Positions 30,001 to 41,418 of a stretch of DNA of 64,000 bases are shown piece by piece (within the stretch, counting starts at the first letter, position 1; each line of letters starts with the position of its first letter). The DNA is from Eledone cirrhosa (Eukaryota), in NCBI GenBank assembly GCA_964016885.1, contig OZ024741.1, positions 304,730,001 to 304,794,000 on the forward strand, read 5' to 3'. A program made the position numbers and the translations under genes. The notes under the pieces are model-generated. The model did not search any database and was not told where the DNA came from. It saw only the letters and a program-made list of their open reading frames with translations.

Positions 30001-33000
30001 GCCATTCTATCGCTAAAACAAACTACATTTTCTGTTCCTATTAAGTGCTAAATACGTTTAGGTTTTTGGACGTATTTAACTGAACAAATTTTGTATTTTT
30101 GTTAATCGCTTGTTAAATGCATAGACAAATCTCAATCATTACCTTCTTGCTAGCTATTTTCAAACCTTAATTCCTAACGTATTTTCAAACCCCAAAAAAA
30201 GCAAAATCCTTTCCTTCTTCCTTCTTCGAAGGCACGGGGCGGTCAAACGCCTAACACCCACAGCCATCATGTGGCCCCCTACCCTCGCACTCTCTCTCTC
30301 TCTCTCTCTCCCTATAAATATATGATAGGAATTCACTTCGCCAAATTTCATTTCTTTGCCTGCTGTCCGAACGAAAATCATGTAAACGTAAGGTACAGAC
30401 TTCATCTCTCTCTCCTCTCTCTCTCTCATTTCGTATTTCAAGTCCAAATAGCCATTCTATCGCTAAAACAAACTACATTTTCTGTTCCTATTAAGTGCTA
30501 AATACGTTTAGGTTTTTGGACGTATTTAACTGAACAAATTTTGTATTTTTGTTAATCGCTTGTTAAATGCATAGACAAATCTCAATCATTACCTTCTTGC
30601 TAGCTATTTTCAAACCTTAATTCCTAACGTATTTTCAAACCCCAAAAAAAGCAAAATCCTTTCCTTCTTCCTTCTTCGAAGGCACGGGGCGGTCAAACGC
30701 CTAACACCCACAGCCATCATGTGGCCCCCTACCCTCGCACTCTCTCTCTCTCTCTCTCTCCCTATAAATATATGATAGGAATTCACTTCGCCAAATTTCA
30801 TTTCTTTGCCTGCTGTCCGAACGAAAATCATGTAAACGTAAGGTACAGACTTCATCTCTCTCTCCTCTCTCTCTCTCATTTCGTATTTCAAGTCCAAATA
30901 GCCATTCTATCGCTAAAACAAACTACATTTTCTGTTCCTATTAAGTGCTAAATACGTTTAGGTTTTTGGACGTATTTAACTGAACAAATTTTGTATTTTT
31001 GTTAATCGCTTGTTAAATGCATAGACAAATCTCAATCATTACCTTCTTGCTAGCTATTTTCAAACCTTAATTCCTAACGTATTTTCAAACCCCAAAAAAA
31101 GCAAAATCCTTTCCTTCTTCCTTCTTCGAAGGCACGGGGCGGTCAAACGCCTAACACCCACAGCCATCATGTGGCCCCCTACCCTCGCACTCTCTCTCTC
31201 TCTCTCTCTCCCTATAAATATATGATAGGAATTCACTTCGCCAAATTTCATTTCTTTGCCTGCTGTCCGAACGAAAATCATGTAAACGTAAGGTACAGAC
31301 TTCATCTCTCTCTCCTCTCTCTCTCTCATTTCGTATTTCAAGTCCAAATAGCCATTCTATCGCTAAAACAAACTACATTTTCTGTTCCTATTAAGTGCTA
31401 AATACGTTTAGGTTTTTGGACGTATTTAACTGAACAAATTTTGTATTTTTGTTAATCGCTTGTTAAATGCATAGACAAATCTCAATCATTACCTTCTTGC
31501 TAGCTATTTTCAAACCTTAATTCCTAACGTATTTTCAAACCCCAAAAAAAGCAAAATCCTTTCCTTCTTCCTTCTTCGAAGGCACGGGGCGGTCAAACGC
31601 CTAACACCCACAGCCATCATGTGGCCCCCTACCCTCGCACTCTCTCTCTCTCTCTCTCTCCCTATAAATATATGATAGGAATTCACTTCGCCAAATTTCA
31701 TTTCTTTGCCTGCTGTCCGAACGAAAATCATGTAAACGTAAGGTACAGACTTCATCTCTCTCTCCTCTCTCTCTCTCATTTCGTATTTCAAGTCCAAATA
31801 GCCATTCTATCGCTAAAACAAACTACATTTTCTGTTCCTATTAAGTGCTAAATACGTTTAGGTTTTTGGACGTATTTAACTGAACAAATTTTGTATTTTT
31901 GTTAATCGCTTGTTAAATGCATAGACAAATCTCAATCATTACCTTCTTGCTAGCTATTTTCAAACCTTAATTCCTAACGTATTTTCAAACCCCAAAAAAA
32001 GCAAAATCCTTTCCTTCTTCCTTCTTCGAAGGCACGGGGCGGTCAAACGCCTAACACCCACAGCCATCATGTGGCCCCCTACCCTCGCACTCTCTCTCTC
32101 TCTCTCTCTCCCTATAAATATATGATAGGAATTCACTTCGCCAAATTTCATTTCTTTGCCTGCTGTCCGAACGAAAATCATGTAAACGTAAGGTACAGAC
32201 TTCATCTCTCTCTCCTCTCTCTCTCTCATTTCGTATTTCAAGTCCAAATAGCCATTCTATCGCTAAAACAAACTACATTTTCTGTTCCTATTAAGTGCTA
32301 AATACGTTTAGGTTTTTGGACGTATTTAACTGAACAAATTTTGTATTTTTGTTAATCGCTTGTTAAATGCATAGACAAATCTCAATCATTACCTTCTTGC
32401 TAGCTATTTTCAAACCTTAATTCCTAACGTATTTTCAAACCCCAAAAAAAGCAAAATCCTTTCCTTCTTCCTTCTTCGAAGGCACGGGGCGGTCAAACGC
32501 CTAACACCCACAGCCATCATGTGGCCCCCTACCCTCGCACTCTCTCTCTCTCTCTCTCTCCCTATAAATATATGATAGGAATTCACTTCGCCAAATTTCA
32601 TTTCTTTGCCTGCTGTCCGAACGAAAATCATGTAAACGTAAGGTACAGACTTCATCTCTCTCTCCTCTCTCTCTCTCATTTCGTATTTCAAGTCCAAATA
32701 GCCATTCTATCGCTAAAACAAACTACATTTTCTGTTCCTATTAAGTGCTAAATACGTTTAGGTTTTTGGACGTATTTAACTGAACAAATTTTGTATTTTT
32801 GTTAATCGCTTGTTAAATGCATAGACAAATCTCAATCATTACCTTCTTGCTAGCTATTTTCAAACCTTAATTCCTAACGTATTTTCAAACCCCAAAAAAA
32901 GCAAAATCCTTTCCTTCTTCCTTCTTCGAAGGCACGGGGCGGTCAAACGCCTAACACCCACAGCCATCATGTGGCCCCCTACCCTCGCACTCTCTCTCTC

Positions 33001-33835
33001 TCTCTCTCTCCCTATAAATATATGATAGGAATTCACTTCGCCAAATTTCATTTCTTTGCCTGCTGTCCGAACGAAAATCATGTAAACGTAAGGTACAGAC
33101 TTCATCTCTCTCTCCTCTCTCTCTCTCATTTCGTATTTCAAGTCCAAATAGCCATTCTATCGCTAAAACAAACTACATTTTCTGTTCCTATTAAGTGCTA
33201 AATACGTTTAGGTTTTTGGACGTATTTAACTGAACAAATTTTGTATTTTTGTTAATCGCTTGTTAAATGCATAGACAAATCTCAATCATTACCTTCTTGC
33301 TAGCTATTTTCAAACCTTAATTCCTAACGTATTTTCAAACCCCAAAAAAAGCAAAATCCTTTCCTTCTTCCTTCTTCGAAGGCACGGGGCGGTCAAACGC
33401 CTAACACCCACAGCCATCATGTGGCCCCCTACCCTCGCACTCTCTCTCTCTCTCTCTCTCCCTATAAATATATGATAGGAATTCACTTCGCCAAATTTCA
33501 TTTCTTTGCCTGCTGTCCGAACGAAAATCATGTAAACGTAAGGTACAGACTTCATCTCTCTCTCCTCTCTCTCTCTCATTTCGTATTTCAAGTCCAAATA
33601 GCCATTCTATCGCTAAAACAAACTACATTTTCTGTTCCTATTAAGTGCTAAATACGTTTAGGTTTTTGGACGTATTTAACTGAACAAATTTTGTATTTTT
33701 GTTAATCGCTTGTTAAATGCATAGACAAATCTCAATCATTACCTTCTTGCTAGCTATTTTCAAACCTTAATTCCTAACGTATTTTCAAACCCCAAAAAAA
33801 GCAAAATCCTTTCCTTCTTCCTTCTTCGAAGGCAC

Positions 33836-33953
33836 GGGGCGGTCAAACGCCTAACACCCACAGCCATCATGTGGCCCCCTACCCTCGCACTCTCTCTCTC
33901 TCTCTCTCTCCCTATAAATATATGATAGGAATTCACTTCGCCAAATTTCATTT
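33836..33953 (+). promoter_or_regulatory. Pol II core-promoter-like module, repeated in every monomer (last copy shown)
   Basis: GGGGCGG GC box, CATGTG E-box-like site, (CT)n tract, TATAAATA at 33913, Inr-consensus CCAAATT with A at 33943 (30 nt from the TATA T), second Inr-like TCATTTC just after. Confidence 0.55.
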
Positions 33954-33987
33954 CTTTGCCTGCTGTCCGAACGAAAATCATGTAAAC

Positions 33988-34203
33988 GTAAGGTACAGAC
34001 TTCATCTCTCTCTCCTCTCTCTCTCTCATTTCGTATTTCAAGTCCAAATAGCCATTCTATCGCTAAAACAAACTACATTTTCTGTTCCTATTAAGTGCTA
34101 AATACGTTTAGGTTTTTGGACGTATTTAACTGAACAAATTTTGTATTTTTGTTAATCGCTTGTTAAATGCATAGACAAATCTCAATCATTACCTTCTTGC
34201 TAG
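33988..34203 (+). other. Candidate 216-nt GT-AG intron present in each monomer; last acceptor abuts the LINE ORF
   Basis: Donor GTAAG at 33988 (alternative AAG|GTACAG at 33993); branch-like ctcaat, pyrimidine tract ttaccttcttg, TAG at 34201-34203. Confidence 0.45.
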
Positions 34204-34247
34204 CTACCCAACACCCCTCCCTCCCACCCCCACACACCACCATTGCT

Positions 34248-34316
34248 ATTACGTGGACCAATCATAAAACAGCCCCCACGTATCACCAGTATTATTACGC
34301 GGACCAATCAGAAACC
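34248..34316 (+). promoter_or_regulatory. Two CCAAT boxes in a direct repeat in the LINE 5' unique region
   Basis: tattacgtggaCCAATcat (34258) and tattacgcggaCCAATcag (34304), NF-Y consensus-like. Confidence 0.4.
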
Positions 34317-34434
34317 AGAGGCCTATACTATCGCTTGCCTGGTTGCCTTTCGATATACGATATATGATGGATGGATGGACTGCGGAATCCTGGAGAGTGG
34401 AGGTGAGAGAGAAAAATCTGGACGCTCAGCGACA

Positions 34435-37400
34435 ATGCCAAAGATAAAGACAAATTCACCCCTTGGACGAGAATGCGAGCACTCCTCATTGTTTCGACCG
34501 CGGACGGCTAACATAACACCATCGCCCCCCGCCCCTCACCGCCCCCAACCCCCAAACGCAATCCAAAACTTCAGAGTTGGTACCATAAATGTAGGCACCC
34601 TAAAGGGTCGCGCTAACGAGGTTGTAGAAATGCTTGAACGTAAGGAGGTCGATGTTTGTTGTATTCAAGAGACCAGGTGGAGGGGTGGGTCTGCTAGGTT
34701 CATTGAGGGTAAAAAACGTTGTTATAAGCTTTTCTGGGTGGGAAACGACGATGGGCTGGGTGGAGTAGGAATCATGGTAGCAGAAAAGTGGGCAGATAAG
34801 ATAATAGACGTAAATAGAGTGAACGACAGAATAATTAAAATACGACTTGTCCTCAATAGAACTACGGTGACAGTAATATCTGCGTACGCACCCCAATCCG
34901 GACTGCCCGGCACTATAAAAGACAGATTCTATGAGACACTGATGCTAACTACCTCCCAAATATCCGACAGTGACTATATAATTATCGCAGGCGACCTAAA
35001 TGGTCACGTTGGACAACATTGTGACGGCTACGACGAAATCCATGGAGGCTATGGGTTTGGTACTAGAAATGAGGAAGGCTCCAGAATCCTGGAATTCTGT
35101 GATGCAAATAACCTAACTATCTGTAACACTAACTTCAAAAAACGTGACAATCACCTGATCACCTATAGATCCGGGGAACACACAAGCCAGGTAGATTATA
35201 TCCTTACCAGAAGACGTGACAGAGTGTCTGTTGTTAACACTAAATCCCTCCCCCATGAAGAATGCACCTCCCAACATAGACTGATAATTAGCGACCTCAT
35301 AGTCAGGACGAGACGTACTCGACAACAGAAGAGGACTATCCTCAGGAGGAAAATATGGAAGTTAAAGGACCCCACAGCCAGGAATAAATTCCAAAGCATA
35401 TTACTTGATGCTTTCGACAGTAAGGAAGAACATTTAGAGTCGGACAATATAGAGGGAGAGTGGGAATTTCTGAAAGCAAACCTGCTGTTGGCGACAGACG
35501 AGGTCTGTGGCTGGAGCAGGCCTGTAGGCAGGAGGAGAGTAACATGGTGGTGGAACAGTAAGGTGGAGGGGTCAATTAAGGCCAAAAAGCAGGCTTGGAA
35601 AGTATGGCGGGATGGGGGAAGTAGAGAGGACTATCAAGTGGCCAGGAGGGAAGCTAGGAGACAAGTGTACTTAGCAAGAAGGGAAGCTGAGGAAAGAAAG
35701 TTCAAGCATGTTCTACAACGCGATGACCAAAAACGTGAGGTGTTCAGGATTGCTAGGCAATGCGTCAAGGAAAACCGTGATATTGTCGGGGAGAAGTGTG
35801 TACTAAACGACGATGGCACACTTGCCATCACCGACGCTGATAAGAAGGTAGCTTGGAAGTGTCACTATGAAAGGCTTCTAAATGAGGAGAATAATTGGGA
35901 GAAAGGCAGTCTCCCCCATATCGACCCAATAGAGGGACCAGCAGTGTTAGTCGAGGGGAGTGTAATAAGTAAGGCAATCAAGGATATGAAGACTGGTAAG
36001 GCGGCTGGGCCTTCGGAAATAGTTGCTGAGATGCTGAAGGCATCTGGCACGGTGGGACACACCATGGTCACCCGCATAGTTAACCAAGTCGTACAAAACG
36101 GGGTTGTTCCGAAGGACTGGCATAGCAGCATCATCGTTAACTGTTATAAGGGTAAAGGAGACGCCCTAGATAGGAGTAACTATAGAGGCATTAAATTAAT
36201 CGACCAGGTCATGAAGGTCACGGAAAGAGTAATAGCGCAGCTAATCAGAGAGAGAATTGACCTAGATGAAATGCAGTTCGGGTTTGTGTCAGGCAAAAGT
36301 ACCACAGACGCTCTTTTCATAGTACGACAACTACAAGAGAAGTACCTAGCTAAAGGTAAACCCCTCTACTTAGCTTTTGTCGACTTGGAGAAAGCCTTCG
36401 ACAGAGTCCCCCGCTCCATTATCTGGTGGGCTCTTAGAAAACTAGGCGTTGACGAATGGCTTGTGAGGGCTATACAAGCCATGTATAAAGAAACAGTCAG
36501 CAAGGTTAGAATTAACAACGAATATAGTGAAGAGTTTAGCGTAAAAGTCGGCGTCCATCAGGGCTCTGTTCTCAGTCCACTACTATTTATTATTGCCCTT
36601 CAGGCCATAACAGAGGAGTTCAAGACAGGCTGCCCATGGGAACTCCTATACGCAGACGACCTGACACTCATAGCGGAATCAATGGCCGAGCTAGAGAAGA
36701 AATTCCAAACATGGAAGCACGGCCTAGAGTCAAAAGGACTTAAAATTAACCTGGCTAAGACCAAAGTACTAGTTTGTAGGAAAGAAAACAAGGCGGCGGT
36801 CCCTTCTGGGAAATGGTCGTGCTCGGTGTGTAGGAAAGGCGTAGGTAGAAACTCCATTTTATGTCCTAAATGCAAAGTATGGGTGCATAAAAGATGTAGT
36901 GGGATCACAGGTAGGCTAACTAAGAACATAGATTTTACATGTGGCCGGTGCTCTGGTGCAATAAGTAGCAGCAAGTGCCCACAAACTACTAGCTCTTTCA
37001 ATTGCGCAGAGGGTTCTATAGAAATAGTGGACAGCTTCCGTTACCTGGGCGATAAAATCAGCAGTGGGGGAGGGTGCTCTGAAAGTACTGTAGCTAGAGT
37101 CAGAACTGGTTGGAAAAAGTTCAGAGAGCTTATACCACTATTAGCTGCTAAAGGGTTCTCACTAAAAATGAAAGGCAGGTTGTACGATGCCTGCATACGA
37201 ACAGCAATGCTGCATGGCAGTGAGACCTGGGCATTGTGTGCAGAGGATATACGCAGACTAGAGAGGAACGAAGCTTGCATGCTCCGCTGGATGTGTAACA
37301 GTAATATACGTGAACGGCAAAGCATAAACGAACTAAGGAATAAATTAGAGATAAGAGGGATCAGATGTTGTTTACTCGAGAGAAGGCTACGTTGGTATGG

Positions 37401-37605
37401 ACACGTGATGCGCATGAAAGTCGATAGCTGTATAACAAAGTGCAGGGCAATAAAGATAGACGGTAGTCACGGAATAGGCAGACCTAGAAAAACCTGGGAC
37501 GAGCTGATAAACTCCGACATCACACACTTACACCTCTCCAAGACAATGTCACTGGACCGAGACCTTTGGCGGTACTCAGTAACAGAGAAGACCCGCCTTA
37601 CCTAA
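34435..37605 (+). CDS. RTE polyprotein: APE endonuclease, reverse transcriptase with inserted C4HC3 PHD finger
   Basis: GTINVGTL, IQETRW, SAYAPQ, GDLNGH, VDYIL, SQHR (APE); [35 protein letters not shown] (RT); C-terminal [15 protein letters not shown] typical of RTE. Frame is open from 34204; in-frame ATGs at 34375 and 34435; choice of start is uncertain. Confidence 0.93.
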   Translation: MPKIKTNSPLGRECEHSSLFRPRTANITPSPPAPHRPQPPNAIQNFRVGTINVGTLKGRANEVVEMLERKEVDVCCIQETRWRGGSARFIEGKKRCYKLFWVGNDDGLGGVGIMVAEKWADKIIDVNRVNDRIIKIRLVLNRTTVTVISAYAPQSGLPGTIKDRFYETLMLTTSQISDSDYIIIAGDLNGHVGQHCDGYDEIHGGYGFGTRNEEGSRILEFCDANNLTICNTNFKKRDNHLITYRSGEHTSQVDYILTRRRDRVSVVNTKSLPHEECTSQHRLIISDLIVRTRRTRQQKRTILRRKIWKLKDPTARNKFQSILLDAFDSKEEHLESDNIEGEWEFLKANLLLATDEVCGWSRPVGRRRVTWWWNSKVEGSIKAKKQAWKVWRDGGSREDYQVARREARRQVYLARREAEERKFKHVLQRDDQKREVFRIARQCVKENRDIVGEKCVLNDDGTLAITDADKKVAWKCHYERLLNEENNWEKGSLPHIDPIEGPAVLVEGSVISKAIKDMKTGKAAGPSEIVAEMLKASGTVGHTMVTRIVNQVVQNGVVPKDWHSSIIVNCYKGKGDALDRSNYRGIKLIDQVMKVTERVIAQLIRERIDLDEMQFGFVSGKSTTDALFIVRQLQEKYLAKGKPLYLAFVDLEKAFDRVPRSIIWWALRKLGVDEWLVRAIQAMYKETVSKVRINNEYSEEFSVKVGVHQGSVLSPLLFIIALQAITEEFKTGCPWELLYADDLTLIAESMAELEKKFQTWKHGLESKGLKINLAKTKVLVCRKENKAAVPSGKWSCSVCRKGVGRNSILCPKCKVWVHKRCSGITGRLTKNIDFTCGRCSGAISSSKCPQTTSSFNCAEGSIEIVDSFRYLGDKISSGGGCSESTVARVRTGWKKFRELIPLLAAKGFSLKMKGRLYDACIRTAMLHGSETWALCAEDIRRLERNEACMLRWMCNSNIRERQSINELRNKLEIRGIRCCLLERRLRWYGHVMRMKVDSCITKCRAIKIDGSHGIGRPRKTWDELINSDITHLHLSKTMSLDRDLWRYSVTEKTRLT

Positions 37606-38000
37606 ATATATAGTAAAACCTACTCCAGCCAGTAGGCATCTCTAACAAATACACCCCGTCCCACCACCCCCACCCGATCCACACCACCCCGTTCTATGTA
37701 AAGTTATGTTGGTGCCACGCCATCGAGGCCGAAACAAATGAGATCGTGTAGGTGTCACGACAAAAAAACACACAGTCCACGCTGTAATGTGGCCGTGTAG
37801 GCAACACGGTAAAAACCTCCCAGACCCACACTGTAAATGTGGTTGGTGTTAGGAAGGGCATCCAACTGTAGAAAACCTGCCAGACAGTCCTATGCGAGCA
37901 AGACAATCACTCTTGCCTCAAGTGGGACTACCCCCGTCCAAACCCATGCAAGCGTGGAACACGGACGTTAAACGCTGATGATGATGATGATGATGATGAT

Positions 38001-38784
<784 letters not shown>

Positions 38785-40004
38785 TTATTCTTCTCTAAGA
38801 ACCTCTCTTGCATTTCTCTCACCAAGAAGAGGGCATCTGTTGTACTCTTCCCAGGCACAAAACCAAACTGCATCTCATCTAGTTTGACCCTTTCTCTAAT
38901 TAGTTGTGCTAAAATCCTTTCTGCCACTTTCATAACCTGATCTATCAGTTTTATACCCCTATAATTGCTCCTCTCCAAAACATCCCCTTTACCTTTGTAG
39001 CAATTTATGAGAATACTGCTGCACCAGTCTTTGGGTATGACACCACCATATATAGCCCGATTGATGATGCGTGCAACCAGTTTAGTGCCTACGTCTCCTG
39101 ATGCCTTCAGCATCTCAGCAACTATTCCCGATGATCCGGCCGCCTTACCATTTTTCATTTCCCTAATCGCCTTTTGGACCCTATATTCGTCAATCTCAAT
39201 AGCTGGTCCCTCTGTCAGATCTACCAAGGGTAATTTCTCTCTCTCCCATTCGTTCTCCACATTCAACAGTCTCTCATAATGACATTTCCAGGCCTCCTTT
39301 TTCTGGTCATTTGTGACACTAAGTACACCGGCATCATCCCGGACACATTTATCTCGAACAACATCCTGATTTGCATTGACACACTGCCTTGCAATGTGGA
39401 ACACTGCACGCCTCTGATCTTCCCGTCGCAGAACATTGGCAAACCTCCTACTCTCTGCCTCCCTGCGTGCTAAGTACACCCGACGTCTAGCTTCTCTCTT
39501 AGTGGCTGTATATTCTTCCCTACTCCCACCCTTTTTCGAAGCCTTCCATGCTAGTCTTTTGTCTCTAATAGCCTTACCTACTGTGCTGTTCCACCACCAG
39601 GTCACTCTCTGTCTGGTTGGAGCTCTGCTCCAGCCACAGGTTTCATCAGTAGCCTGCAGCAAGTTGTCACGTAAGAACTTCCAGTTATTATCTATGTCAT
39701 GCGTCTCTAAATCGTCTTCTTTTTCGTCATATACATCTTGAAGGGCTTTCCTAAATTTGAATTTTAGTGAAAGGTCTTTCAGCTTCCAGACCTTTCTTCT
39801 CCACACCTTCCTATATGTCTCATTCCATCTCTTGCTTACTGAGATATCACTAACAACTAACCTATGCTGTGGGGTACATTCTTCGATGTCTCCGTCCTCT
39901 GTCATTGTGGTTGTTTGCAAAAGTTGCTCATAAAAGCAGTCTTTCTCATCTTTGCCTAGACCTGCTTGGGGAGCATAGACCGAGATGATTGTCAGTAGTC
40001 TCCT
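38785..40004 (-). mobile_element. RTE LINE subfamily C internal fragment (end of APE to start of RT), with in-frame internal deletion
   Basis: ISVYAPQ...EECTPQHRL...WWWN...NYRGIKL..QFGF in ORF 37968-41396; diverged from A and B. Confidence 0.92.
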
Positions 40005-40514
40005 ACATATATACATATACACATACATATATATACACACATATATACAAATATACACACACATATATACAAATATACACATACATATATACATATATAT
40101 ACATATACACACATATATACATATACACATACATATATACATATATATATATACATACATATATACATATATATACATACATATATATACACATACATAT
40201 ATATACACATACATATACATATATATATATATACATATATATATACATATATACACACATACATATACACACATACATATATATATATACACATACATAT
40301 ATACACATACATGTACACATACATATACATGTACACACATACATATACATGTACACATACAAACACATATATATATATACATACATACATATACATACAC
40401 ATATATATATATATACACACACATATATATATATACACACACACATATATATATATACACACACACATATATATATATACACACACACATATATATATAT
40501 ATATACACACACAC

Positions 40515-40545
<31 letters not shown>

Positions 40546-40898
40546 TATATATACACATATATATATACACACACACATATATATACACATATATATATAC
40601 ACACACACATATATATATACACACATATATATACACACATATATATATACACATATATATACACACATATATATATACACATATATATACACACATATAT
40701 ACACACACATATATACACACACATATATATACACACATATATATACACACATATATATATACACACACATATATATATACACACATATATATATACACAC
40801 ACATATATATATACACACACATATATATATACACACACATATATATATACACACACATATATATATACACACACATATATATACACACACATATATAT

Positions 40899-40973
<75 letters not shown>

Positions 40974-41418
40974 TATATATATACACACATATATATATAT
41001 ATACACACATATATATATATATATATACACACATATATATATATATATATACACACACATATATATATATATATACACACACATATATATATATATATAT
41101 ACACACACATATATATATATATATATACACACATATATATATATATATATACACACACATATATATATATATATATACACACATATATATATATATATAC
41201 ACACATATATATATATATACACACACACATATATACACACACACATATATATACACACACATATATATATACACACACATATATATATACACACACATAT
41301 ATATATACACACACATATATATATACACACACATATATATACACACACATATACATATACACACACATATACACATATATATATACACACACACATACAT
41401 ATATATATATATACACAT
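40005..41418. repeat. Mixed (TA)/(CA) microsatellite
   Basis: Direct reading. Confidence 0.95.

Larger units (their letters stand above)
24099..34206 (+). repeat. Tandem array of ~22.4 near-identical 450-bp monomers fused to the 5' end of a full-length RTE LINE
   Basis: ORF track recurs every 450 bp (22 times); I noticed only two 3-nt duplications (tat near 25030, cat near 26803); the last monomer breaks at ttgctagcta|cccaacacc into unique LINE sequence. Confidence 0.97.
34207..38000 (+). mobile_element. Full-length, apparently intact RTE-clade LINE (subfamily A)
   Basis: Unique 5' region, single long ORF, ~370-nt 3'UTR, (GAT)n tail ending ~38000. Confidence 0.97.

Noticed and set aside
24304-34101. 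Repeated 95-aa (-) and 76-aa (+) ORFs in the 450-bp array
   Set aside because: Non-ATG starts, low-complexity ER/LS runs from CT tracts, no recognisable domain; the repetition only reflects the array
24099-34206. CRISPR array, 5S rRNA, tRNA or U snRNA cluster
   Set aside because: No unique spacers, eukaryotic context, and no recognisable 5S, tRNA or U1-U6 sequence in the monomer
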